DNA of 64,000 bases from an uncultured Actinomycetota bacterium (GTDB lineage: Bacteria > Actinomycetota > Actinomycetes > S36-B12). How positions within the stretch are numbered: the first letter of the stretch is position 1; each line of letters opens with the position of its first letter. Shown here piece by piece: positions 51,157-60,872 of the stretch. The notes below the pieces were generated by a model. That model made no database searches, was not told the origin of the DNA, and worked only from the letters and a program-made list of their open reading frames with translations. Where the stretch lies: contig CAVVOF010000006.1 in NCBI GenBank assembly GCA_963749905.1, forward strand, positions 208,162 to 272,161. Reading direction: 5' to 3'. Made by a program: the position numbers and the translations under genes.

Positions 51157-51495
51157 CTAGTCGATGACCCGCACCAGCACCCAGGCGTCGGTCTCGTCGG
51201 GAGACTCGGCCCGGGCCGCGCGGTAGCGGATCCGGCACAGCTCGTACACACCGACGGCACCCGTGGCTGCCGCCGCCTCGACCCGCCAGGCATGTCGCTG
51301 GCCGCTCCCCCGGCCACCGCGGAGCTCCCGCGGCCACCAGGGCACTGGCTCGACCCATGTCGCTGTGACGGCCCGCACGACATAGCGGCGACCCCGCCAG
51401 CGGAACCACGCCGGCGCCCCGTCCTGCCCCGCCCCCACCTCGGTCCCCACCTCGGTCCCCACCTCGATCGGCTGCGACCGGTAGCGGCGACTCAC
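51157..51495 (-). CDS. Small uncharacterised protein (resembles what I recall as DUF6504)
   Basis: GTG 51495. Sequence ...APAWFRWRGRRYVVRAVTATWVEPVPWW...HAWRVEA...GVYELC...DAWVLVRVID. It is the first gene downstream of the LexA box. Confidence 0.45.
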   Translation of the reverse strand: MSRRYRSQPIEVGTEVGTEVGAGQDGAPAWFRWRGRRYVVRAVTATWVEPVPWWPRELRGGRGSGQRHAWRVEAAAATGAVGVYELCRIRYRAARAESPDETDAWVLVRVID

Positions 51496-51620
51496 CTGCG
51501 CCCCGCCCCTCCGCTGGACCCATTGCCGCCGGACCCGTCACCACCGACCCTGAGTCGCCGGGGTCGGGGTCGAGGCGACCCCGGCGACCGAGGGTGACTG
51601 ACGCCCAGCCGCGAATCCGG

Positions 51621-51666
51621 GCCTCAGACCTGTATTCGAACACCTGTTCGAATACAGGTCTGAGGC
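51621..51666. promoter_or_regulatory. Perfect 46-bp palindrome containing a consensus actinobacterial LexA (SOS) box
   Basis: gcctcagacctgtattcgaaca-cc-tgttcgaatacaggtctgaggc. The core TCGAAC-ACCT-GTTCGA is at 51636-51651. It lies between the divergent dnaE2 operon and the GGDEF-EAL gene. Confidence 0.8.
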
Positions 51667-51738
51667 TAGACCGCGCCCCTGACACCCGTCAACCCCTCCG
51701 GCGGGGCTTCCACCCCGTCGGCGGGGCATGATGGCCGG

Positions 51739-54700
51739 GTGACCCCGTCGGCACGTCCGACCAGCACCCCGGGTCCGGCCACGGACGCAGGTCCGCCCGG
51801 TCTGCCCGACCTGTCCGCTGTCCTCGACTCGATGCTCGACCCGTTCATCCTGCTGCGGGCCGTCCGCGACGACGCCGGTCGGCTGATCGACCTCCAGTAC
51901 CTCGAGGCCAACGACGCCGCCGTCGCCTACAACCAGCTCACCCGCGAGCAGATGATCGGCGCTCGTCTGCTCGACCTGTTCCCCGGCCAGCTCGAGCAGG
52001 GGCCGCTGCGCCAGTACTTCCACACCATCGAGACCGGCGAGCCGACCGTCCTCGACGACTACGCCTACCCGCACGAGATCCTCGGCCAGGAGCGCCGCTA
52101 CGACATCCGGGCCACGAAGGCGGGCGACGGCCTGGCCCTGACCTGGCGGGACGTCACCGACCGCCTGCGGACCGCCCACCAACTCGCCGAGAGCGAGGCG
52201 CACCACCGGATGATCGTCGACAACTCCTCCGACACGATCATGCTGTCCACGGACGCCCGCACCTTCACCTGGCTGTCGGAGTCGACCGTCCGCGTACTCG
52301 AGTACCCGCCCGAGGCCCTCATCGGTCATCCGGTGACGGAGCACATCCACCCGGACGACATCCCCCTGATGATCGAGAGCATCCGACGCAGCGAACAGAC
52401 CGGCGAGGTCGCACTCGTCCGAGCGCGATGGCAGCTGCCCGACGGCAGCTACTGCTGGATCGAGTCCACCGGCCGGCCCATCGATCCGACCGCCGGGAGG
52501 GACCAGCCGGGCCGCGTCGTCACCATCAGGCGGGTCGACGAGCAGGTGCGGCTCGAGCAGGAGCTCGTCGAACGTGAGCGGCTGTACCGGCTGCTCACCG
52601 AGAACACATCGGACGTGGTGCTGCTCGCCGACCCGGGCCTCGTGCTCCGCTGGGCCTCCCCCTCCGTCACCGACCTGCTCGGCTGGCGACCCGCCGATCT
52701 CGTCGGTCGACTGGCCACTGACTTCATCGAGCCGGACGATCTGCCGGGCCTGCTCGATGAGATCGCCGCCGCCAACGACGAGCGCCGGGACTCGCTGTAC
52801 CGCTACCGATGGCGCACCGCCGACGGCGGCTTCCGCTGGCTGGAGGGCCGGGGCCGCCTCGTCAGCGAGGGTGGCCTCGAAGGTCGGGTCGTGCGGCTGC
52901 GCGACATCGACGACGAGGTGGGGGTGATACACGAACTAGAGGAACGCGAGCGCGTCTTCCGGCTGCTCGCCGAGAACAGCACGGACGTCGTCATCCTCGC
53001 GCGGGAGGACACCACGGCGGTGTGGGTGTCCCCCTCGGTCGAGACCACCCTCGGATGGCAGCCCAGCGATCTGGTCGGTCACACGGCAGCGGAGTTCACC
53101 CACCCGGACGACTGGCCGGCCGGCCGGACCCAGGAACCGCGCCACCTCAACGTGGTGCAGCGGATGCGAGTCAGGTCATCCAGCGGTGACTACCGGTGGA
53201 TGGAGACCGAGATGCGGGCGCTGCCGACGGAGGCCGGGCAGCCGCGACGGCTGGCCGTGCGGTTGACCGACGTCGACGCGCGAGTCAGGTCCGAGGAGTT
53301 GCACGAGGAGAGCGATCGGCTCTACCGCCTGCTCGCCGACAACTCCTCGGACGTAGTGCTGCTCACGGCGAACGACACCACGATCGAGTGGGCGTCCCCC
53401 TCCGCCACCGCGACCTTCGGGTGGCAGGCCGAGCAGCTCCTCGGCCGACGGGCAGTCGACTTCGTGCACCCCGATGACGGTGCCACCGTGCGGGCAGCAA
53501 TCGAGCACAGCAACGAGACCATGACCGACTTCACGACGCGCGTGCGCTGGCGGCTGGCTGACAGCAGCTACCGCTGGATGCAGGCCGCGGGTCGACCGTT
53601 CGCCGACCCGCAGTCGGGCCGGCTGCGCCGCCTCGTCACCTTCCGCGACGTCGACGACCAGGTGAGGGTCGAGCACCGCGAGGAGGAGACCGCTCGCCTG
53701 TACCGCCTGCTCGCCGAGAACTCCTCCGACGTGGTGATCGTCTCCGATCTCCAGGGAACATCGATCTGGGCCTCGCCCTCGACACTCCGCGTACTCGGGT
53801 GGCGGCCCGACCAGATCGTCGGGCACAACGTCGGTGAGTTCCTCCATCCGGACGACATCGACCGCACCCGTACCGAGCTCGAGCGAAGTGCCCGCACCGA
53901 CACCCCGGCACGGATCACCTACCGCCTCCGCAAGGCCGACGGGGACTACGCGTGGTTCGAGGCGGAGGGCCAGAACCTCCCGCCACAGGACGGCGGCCCA
54001 GGCCGTCGCATCGTGCACCTGCGCGACGTCGACGAACGCGCGCAAGCGGAGCGCGAACTCGCCCGCAGCGAGCGGATGTACCGACTGCTCGCCACCCACG
54101 TGTCCGACATCGTCTGGGCGGTCGACGAGGAGGGGACACTGCAGTGGATCTCGCCCTCCGTCACGGCGATGCTGGGCTGGGAAACGGCCGACCTGGTGGG
54201 CGAACCGAGTTCCGCACTCGTGGCCGAGGAGGATCGGAGTGCCTTCACTGACACCGTTGCGCAGGCGATCAGGCTGGGGGCCGCCACCGGGGAGTTCCGG
54301 TTCCGCCGCGCCGATGACAGCACGCTGTGGATGGAGGCCAGCCTCCGACAAGCCGACTCCGACTCGGGCGCCGCCCGCGTCGGCACCCTGCGGGACATCC
54401 ATGACCGGGTGGCCGCCCGCTCCCGACTCGAGTTCGCCCTCGGTCACGACCAGTCCACCGGCCTGCCGAAGCGCGAGACGATTCTCGAGCAGCTGACGCG
54501 AACCGGCACTGAGCTGCCCGATGAGACGCCCGTCGCCGTGATCACGATCGGCGTCGACCTGCTGAAGGATGTCAACGATGCCTTCGGCCATGATGCGGGT
54601 GACATCGTGGTGACCACTGTGGCCGCCCGCATCGCCGAGGCCCTCCCCCGGCCCGAGCTCCTCGGCCGCGGCACCGGAGACGAGTTCATCGTCGCGGTGA

Positions 54701-55674
54701 TCGGGATCGCCGGACCGACCGAGGCCGCCGACCTGGCCGAGCGCCTGCGCACCTGCGTGCATGGCCCGATCGACGCCGGCGAGCATCGCGTCACCCCGAC
54801 CGTGAGCGTCGGAATCGCGCTGGGGGAACTGGCCGACGAGCCACACGAGCTCCTCCGGGACGCGACCCTCGCGATGCACCGCGCGAAGGCGCTGGGCCGC
54901 GACCGATGGGTCTTCGCAGACGCCGCGCAGGCCAGCGAGGCGGCCCGGCGGATGGCGGTCGAGTCAGCCATCCGCAGCGGACTCGACCACGACGAGTTCG
55001 AGCCGTGGTACCAGCCCATCGTCGCGCTGGCCGACGGGCGGCTGGCCGGCTACGAGGCACTCGTCCGGTGGCAACGCGACGGCGAGCACCTGCAGCCCGA
55101 CGAGTTCCTCGACGTGGCCGGCCAGACCCCGATGATGTCCGAGATCGACATCGCGATGGTGGAGCCGGTGATCGCTCGCCTCGCCGACCTCCCGGAGCCG
55201 CTCTACGTCGCGGTCAACGTCAGTGCGCCGACTCTCGCCCGGCCCGAGTACACCGGCATCGTGCAGGCGGCGCTCGACGCCCACCACGTGCGGCCCGGCC
55301 GCCTGCACATCGAGGTCACCGAGACACTGCTGCTCTCGATCAACCCGGACATCGTCGCCCGCATGCGGGAGCTCGCCGACCTGGGCGTGAAGTGGTACGT
55401 GGACGACTTCGGCACCGGCTACTCCTCGATCAGTCATCTCCGGGACCTGCCCGTCGCCGGGCTGAAGCTCGATCGCTCGTTCACCGCCGGCATCGGCGCG
55501 GGCGACCGCACCGCCCGCCAGCTCGCCGACGCGCTCATCGGCCTTGCCCACGGCCTGGGCCTCGACACTGTGGCCGAGGGCGTCGAGACGGACGCGGAGG
55601 CCGCGTACCTGCGCACCGTGGGCTGGCACCACGGCCAGGGCTGGCTGTACGGCAAGGCCGCACCGCTGCCGTAG
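51739..55674 (+). CDS. Multi-PAS (about 7) GGDEF-EAL c-di-GMP signalling protein
   Basis: The PAS openers (E)[15 protein letters not shown] recur six times. The GGDEF site reads RGTGDEF. The EAL domain has [16 protein letters not shown] and KLDRSF. Confidence 0.9.
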   Translation: MTPSARPTSTPGPATDAGPPGLPDLSAVLDSMLDPFILLRAVRDDAGRLIDLQYLEANDAAVAYNQLTREQMIGARLLDLFPGQLEQGPLRQYFHTIETGEPTVLDDYAYPHEILGQERRYDIRATKAGDGLALTWRDVTDRLRTAHQLAESEAHHRMIVDNSSDTIMLSTDARTFTWLSESTVRVLEYPPEALIGHPVTEHIHPDDIPLMIESIRRSEQTGEVALVRARWQLPDGSYCWIESTGRPIDPTAGRDQPGRVVTIRRVDEQVRLEQELVERERLYRLLTENTSDVVLLADPGLVLRWASPSVTDLLGWRPADLVGRLATDFIEPDDLPGLLDEIAAANDERRDSLYRYRWRTADGGFRWLEGRGRLVSEGGLEGRVVRLRDIDDEVGVIHELEERERVFRLLAENSTDVVILAREDTTAVWVSPSVETTLGWQPSDLVGHTAAEFTHPDDWPAGRTQEPRHLNVVQRMRVRSSSGDYRWMETEMRALPTEAGQPRRLAVRLTDVDARVRSEELHEESDRLYRLLADNSSDVVLLTANDTTIEWASPSATATFGWQAEQLLGRRAVDFVHPDDGATVRAAIEHSNETMTDFTTRVRWRLADSSYRWMQAAGRPFADPQSGRLRRLVTFRDVDDQVRVEHREEETARLYRLLAENSSDVVIVSDLQGTSIWASPSTLRVLGWRPDQIVGHNVGEFLHPDDIDRTRTELERSARTDTPARITYRLRKADGDYAWFEAEGQNLPPQDGGPGRRIVHLRDVDERAQAERELARSERMYRLLATHVSDIVWAVDEEGTLQWISPSVTAMLGWETADLVGEPSSALVAEEDRSAFTDTVAQAIRLGAATGEFRFRRADDSTLWMEASLRQADSDSGAARVGTLRDIHDRVAARSRLEFALGHDQSTGLPKRETILEQLTRTGTELPDETPVAVITIGVDLLKDVNDAFGHDAGDIVVTTVAARIAEALPRPELLGRGTGDEFIVAVIGIAGPTEAADLAERLRTCVHGPIDAGEHRVTPTVSVGIALGELADEPHELLRDATLAMHRAKALGRDRWVFADAAQASEAARRMAVESAIRSGLDHDEFEPWYQPIVALADGRLAGYEALVRWQRDGEHLQPDEFLDVAGQTPMMSEIDIAMVEPVIARLADLPEPLYVAVNVSAPTLARPEYTGIVQAALDAHHVRPGRLHIEVTETLLLSINPDIVARMRELADLGVKWYVDDFGTGYSSISHLRDLPVAGLKLDRSFTAGIGAGDRTARQLADALIGLAHGLGLDTVAEGVETDAEAAYLRTVGWHHGQGWLYGKAAPLP

Positions 55675-55712
55675 TCGCCCGCTGCCGTCCGCGGGTGCGG
55701 CTGTGGTTGGGT

Positions 55713-56641
55713 GTGCCCGTGATCCACGCCCGCGGCCTGAGCAAGACGTACGGTGAGTTCACCGCCGTCGACGGCGTCGACTTCGACGTCGAGCGGGGCG
55801 AGTCGTTCGGCATCCTCGGGCCCAACGGCGCGGGCAAGTCGACCACGATGCGGATGCTCGGCGCGACGCTGCAGCGCACCGCCGGCGAGCTGTCCATCCT
55901 CGGCCACGATCCGGCGTCCGACGGCCCCCTCATCCGCGTCCCACCTCGGTGTCGTGCCCCAGCAGGACAACCTCGACACCGAGCTCACCGTCGCCGAGAA
56001 CATCCACACGTACGGCCGCTACTTCGGCCTCCCCCGCGACTACCTGCGCGGTCGCGTCGACGAGCTGCTCGGCGTTCGCGCAGCTCGAGGACAAGCGCGA
56101 CGCCAAGGTCGACGCCCTCAGCGGCGGCATGAAGCGCCGGCTGACCATCGCCCGCGGGCTCGTCAACGAGCCGACCATCCTGCTGCTCGACGAGCCCACC
56201 ACCGGCCTCGACCCGCAGGCACGGCACATCCTCTGGGACCGGCTGTTCCGGTTGAAGGAGACGGGCGTCACCCTCGTCATCACCACGCACTACATGGACG
56301 AGGCAGAGCAGCTGTGCGACCGGCTGGTGGTGATGGACCGGGCCCGCATCGTCGCGGAGGGCTCCCCCGCCGAGCTGATCCGCCGCTACTGCGACCCGCG
56401 AGGTCGTCGAGGTGCGCTTCGGCTCGGACCGGAACGCCGACATCGCCACGCGGCTCGACGACATCGGCGAGCGCCGCGAGGTCCTGCCCGACCGCATCCT
56501 CGATCTACACGGACGCGGGCGAGGCCGACCTCGAGCGCATCGTGGCGCGCGGCTTCCTGCCGGTGACCTCCCTGGTGCGCCGCGTCCTCGCTCGAGGACG
56601 TGTTCCTGCGCCTGACCGGCCGCAGCCTGGCGGACGAGTGA
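55713..56641 (+). pseudogene. ABC transporter ATP-binding protein (DrrA/NodI-like), at least 5 frameshifts
   Basis: Walker [11 protein letters not shown], signature LSGGMKRRL, Walker [12 protein letters not shown]. The reading frame steps 0,1,2,0,1,2 with junctions near 55938, 56071, 56393, 56502 and 56584. Confidence 0.85.
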
Positions 56642-57448
56642 GCACGATCACCGCGCGTCGCCGCCCGCGGCCCCCGCTGGGGCGCCTGGCACGTGACCGA
56701 GTACCGGTTCCGCAACATGTGGAAGTGGCGCAGCTCCATCCTCGCCTTCGGCATCGGGCACCCCGTCCTGTACCTCGCCTCGATCGGGCTCGGCGTCGGG
56801 CTGCTCGTGGACGAGTCGTCCGGCGGCGTGGACGGCGTGCCCTACCTGGTGTTCCTCGCTCCGGCGCTGCTGGCCACGGCCGCGCTCCAGGGCGGAGGGG
56901 ACGAGACGATGTTCCCGACGCTCGCCGGCTTCATCTGGAACAAGCTGTTCTTCTCGATGCGAGCCACGTCGCTGACCGGAGCGCAGATCGCCGACGGGGT
57001 GCTGATCGCCGCGGGCGGTCGCGTGCTCTTCACCACCACCGCCTACTGGCTGGTGCTCGCCGTGTTCGGTGCGGTCGCGTGGACGACGGCTCCTGCCGCT
57101 GCTCGCCGTCGGCCTGCTGGCCGGGCTGAGCTGGGGGGCGGTGATGCTCGCGGTCAGCGCCCACGTCGAGCACGAGGACGGGTTCCTCTCGCTGGTCGGC
57201 CGGCTCGTGGTCATGCCGATGTTCCTGTTCTCCGGGACGTTCTACCCGCGTCGACGCCCTGCCGCTGGCGGTGCGTGGATCGGCTGGATCAGCCCGCTCT
57301 GGCACGCCACGCAGCTCGGCCGCTGGGTCTCGTACGGAGCCGCTCTGCCGGGAGGCAGATCGTATTGAGCATCGCCTACCTGCTGACCCTGCTCGTCGCC
57401 TGCCTGCTGCTGGCCCGCCGCCGCTTCGAGAGTCGGCTGACCTCGTGA
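56638..57448 (+). pseudogene. ABC-2 type permease, at least 5 frameshifts
   Basis: GTG 56638 forms a GTGA overlap with the ATPase stop. The fragments YRFRNMWKWRSS, PMFLFSGTFYP, ISPLWHATQL and LLARRRFESRLTS lie in different frames. Confidence 0.75.
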
Positions 57449-58279
57449 TCACCGCAGACCGCCGTCGTCGATCGCCGCAGCGCCATGCCGGGCGGCTCGG
57501 CTCGTCGGTGTACGCCGGGCGGCCCTACGCCCCGATCCTGCGCAACTTCGCCGCCCTGCGGACGAGCAACACCTTCGTGTTCTTCACCGGATTCGTCGAG
57601 CCGGTGATCTTCCTGGTGGCCTTCGGGTACGGCGTGGGCGGACTGGTCGGCACCATCGACGTGAACGGCACGTCGAGGTCTCCTATGCGGCCTTCATCGC
57701 GCCCGCACTGCTGGCCGCCAGCGCCATGAACGGCGCGATCCTCGACTCCACGTTCAACGTGTTCTTCAAGATGCACTTCATGCGCATGTACCAGACGATG
57801 ATGTCGACGTCGCTGGGCGCCCTGGACGTGGCCCTCGGCGAGATCGGCTGGGCAATGCTGCGCGGCGGCACGTACGCGGTGGGCTTCATGGTCGTCGCCG
57901 CCGTGTTCGGGCTGCTGACCACGTGGTGGTCCCTGCTGATGATCCCGGCGGCGATCCTGGTCGCGTTCGCGTTCGCGTCGATCGGCATGACGCTGACGTC
58001 GTACATGTCGTCCTTCCAGCAGCTGAACTGGGTGCAGTTCTGGCTGCTGCCGATGTTCCTGTTCTCCGGGACGTTCTTCCCGATCACCGGCTACCCGGAG
58101 TGGCTGCAGGCGATCATCTCCGCGACTCCGCTGTGGCAGGCGATCGCGATGATGCGCGGCCTGGCCCTCGGCATCTTCGACGTCGGACTGCTCGTGCACG
58201 TCCTGTACTTCGTCGTGCTGGTGCGTCGGTCGGACTGGTGATGACGACCCGCCGCCTGACCGCCCTCTTCCTCCGCTGA
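57445..58279 (+). pseudogene. ABC-2 type permease (second subunit), 2 frameshifts
   Basis: GTG 57445 forms a GTGA overlap. Fragments ILRNFAALRTSNTFVFFTGFVEP, LPMFLFSGTFFP, ATPLWQAIAMMRG and the tail GLVMTTRRLTALFLR. Junctions near 57676 and 58215. Confidence 0.78.
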
Positions 58280-58313
58280 CACGCGCTCGCGCCGCTCCTG
58301 CTACACCTGAAGC

Positions 58314-59723
58314 ATGTTCCTCACCTTCCTCGGCGGCGTCGGCACGGTGACCGGGTCGAAGACGCTGGTGGAGGCCGGAGCCCCGGGCGACGAGCATCGG
58401 ATGCTCGTCGACTGCGGCCTGTTCCAGGGCCCGCGCGAGATCCGCAGCGCGCAACTGGGAGCCGTTCCCGGTCGCACCCGACGAGCCTCGACCGCCGTCG
58501 TGCTCACCCACGCCCATCTCGACCACTGCGGGTACCTGCCGGCCCTGGTGCGCGACGGCTTCGACCGGCCCCGTCTACTGCTCGCCCAACACCGCCGACC
58601 TCGTCCCGATCATCCTGCGCGACAGCGCGAAGCTGCAGGAGGAGGACACCGCGTGGGCGCGCAAGAAGGGGTTCTCGCGACACGCCGACCCGAGTCCCCT
58701 CTACGACATCAACGACGCCGAGCGCGGCGATCTCGCTGCTGCGGCCCGTCGAGTTCGGGGTCGACTTCGCGCCGTGCCGACGCCGTCACCGCCCGCCTCG
58801 ACCCCGCCGGGCACATCCTCGGGTCCGTCCACGGTGACCCTCATCGACGAGGACCGCGACCGGACCGTCGTGTTCAGCGGCGACCTCGGCCGGGGGAACC
58901 ACCCGCTGCTGTCGCCGCCCGCGCCGCCCGGACGACGCGGACGCGGTCGTGATCGAGTCGACCTACGGCGACCGCGAGCACGGCGACGTCCAGGCGGAGA
59001 TCGACGAGATGGCGGCGGCCATCACCCGGACGCTGAAGCGCGGCGGCACGGTGGTGATTCCGGCCTTCGCGGTCGACCGCACGGAGGTCCTGCTCGATTG
59101 CCCTGCGCACGCCTGCAGGACCAGCAGCGCATCCCGATGGCATCGATCCAGTGTCGACAGCCCGATGGCGCTGGCTGCCATGCGCGTGTACGTGCGGGCG
59201 ATCCGCGATGCCGACCCGGAGATCAGCACTGCCATCGATCGCCGAGGGCCCTGAAGCCATCGACCTGCCCAACCTGCACGAGGCGACGACCCGGGAGCAG
59301 TCGATGGCCCTGGACACGGGCGGGCCGCGCATCATCGTCTCCGCGTCGGGCATGGGCAGCGGCGGACGCGTCACGCACCACCTGAAGGCGGCTGCTGCCC
59401 GATCGGCGACAACACCGTGCTGCTCGTCGGGCTTCCAGGCCGTCGGCACGCCCGGACGCCTGCTGCTCGACGGCGCGCACGAGATCAAGATCCACGGCCA
59501 GTACGTGCCCGTCCGCGCAGAGATCGCGGAGATCGAGGCCTTCTCCGTGCACGCCGACGCCAGCGAGCTCGTCGACTGGCTGGCCGGCACCCGGGACCAG
59601 CCGGCGCAGGTGTTCGTCAACCACGGCGAGCCGGCGGCGGCCGAGGTGCTGGCGACGATGATCCGCGAGCAGCTCGACGTGGCGGTCGATGTCCCGTCAC
59701 CGGGCGAGCGGGTCCGCGTCTGA
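58314..59723 (+). pseudogene. MBL-fold beta-CASP RNA-metabolising hydrolase, about 15 frameshifts
   Basis: [34 protein letters not shown] and EAFSVHADASELVDWL can be followed only by repeatedly stepping the reading frame by +1. Confidence 0.8.
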
Positions 59724-59731
59724 CGCCGGCG

Positions 59732-59786
59732 CCGACTGCTAGCGTTCCGTCGCAAACCCGGGCCGTTGCGACGGAACCCGTAGCAG
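59732..59786 (+). terminator. Long imperfect hairpin after the MBL gene
   Basis: gactgcta-gc-gttccgtcgcaa / acccgggcc / ttgcgacggaac-cc-gtagcagtc. There is no T-tract. Confidence 0.5.
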
Positions 59787-59806
59787 TCAACGGCTAGCGT
59801 CCGATC

Positions 59807-60574
59807 ATGACGTTCCTCGACGCTCTGACCGCCCGGCTGGCCGACGACCCTCGCGTCGTCGGCCTGGTGCTCGCGGGCTCGTCCGCGCAGCCGGCCCGAC
59901 GGGACCGCTGGTCGGACCACGACTTCCTGGTGATCACGGTCGACGGCGTGCAGGAGGACCTGCGCACGGACCTGTCCTGGCTGCCCGACCACGAGGGCAT
60001 CGGCTGGTGGTTCCGCGAGACGCCGCACGGCCTCAAGGTGCTCTACCGGTCAGGGCTGCTGCTCGAGTTCGCCGTCTTCGACCGAGCGGAGTTCGAGGAG
60101 TGCTCACTCAGCGAGTACGCCGTCGTCCTCGACCGGCGCGCACCGGGCGAACCCGACGGCCCCAGCATCGCCGAGTCCGCGACCCGGGTCCACGCCCGCA
60201 GCGAGCGCCCGCAGCCGGCCGACCCGACGACCGCCTTCCGGCATTTCCTCAGCCTGGTCTACGTCGGCACCGGACGGGCCCGCCGCGGCGAGCGGCTGAG
60301 CGCCAACGTGTTCCTGCGCGACTACGCGGTCGCCGCGCTCCTTCGCCTCGTCAACGCCCTGACGCCGGATCGCCCGGCCGCGCTCGATCCGCTCGACCCC
60401 TGGCGCCGCGTCGAGACGGCATGGCCGGAGCTGGCGGCTGACCTCGACGCCGCCCTGACCCGCCCGGTCGAGGACGTCGGGCCCGCACTGCTGGACGTGG
60501 CGACGACTCACCTGCCCCCTCGCTGGCCGGACTGCCCGCTCGCCGACCTCGACCTGGTCCGCGACCTGATCTGA
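59807..60574 (+). CDS. Nucleotidyltransferase-fold protein, aminoglycoside 6-adenylyltransferase (ANT(6))-like
   Basis: LAGSSAQPARRDRWSDHDFLVIT matches the GS...D.D pol-beta NTase motif and the ANT(6) N-terminal layout. 255 aa. Confidence 0.55.
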   Translation: MTFLDALTARLADDPRVVGLVLAGSSAQPARRDRWSDHDFLVITVDGVQEDLRTDLSWLPDHEGIGWWFRETPHGLKVLYRSGLLLEFAVFDRAEFEECSLSEYAVVLDRRAPGEPDGPSIAESATRVHARSERPQPADPTTAFRHFLSLVYVGTGRARRGERLSANVFLRDYAVAALLRLVNALTPDRPAALDPLDPWRRVETAWPELAADLDAALTRPVEDVGPALLDVATTHLPPRWPDCPLADLDLVRDLI

Positions 60575-60659
60575 CGCGTAGCAGTCGGAGGAGTTCGGGC
60601 AACTGCCGGACGGATGTCAGGGGGACCTCGTACGGTGCGGAGGTGCTCAGGAGACTGAA

Positions 60660-60872
60660 GTGACCAACGGGACGCTTGTGACGCTGGCGCTGGCCGCCAC
60701 CGGGCTGCTCATCGTGGGCGCCCGCCTGCTCGAGCAGCCGTCCCCGCTCACCCTCGTGATCGGTGTGCTGACGCTCGCGACGGGCACCGCGCTCGCGGCC
60801 GCCGCAGTAGCGGGAGCCTGGCGCACGCCCCGGCCCGCGGTCGACGAACAGCCCACCGTCGATCGGCGGTAG
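60660..60872 (+). CDS. Hypothetical two-TM small protein
   Basis: 70-aa ORF with two hydrophobic helices and no recognisable family. Confidence 0.35.
   Translation: MTNGTLVTLALAATGLLIVGARLLEQPSPLTLVIGVLTLATGTALAAAAVAGAWRTPRPAVDEQPTVDRR

Noticed and set aside
55938-59435. Idea that the serial +1 frameshifts are programmed ribosomal frameshift sites.
   Set aside because: There are far too many, about 20 in two genes. They share no slippery motif or downstream structure, and similar isolated indels occur in unrelated essential genes. Sequence error or recent decay is much more likely.
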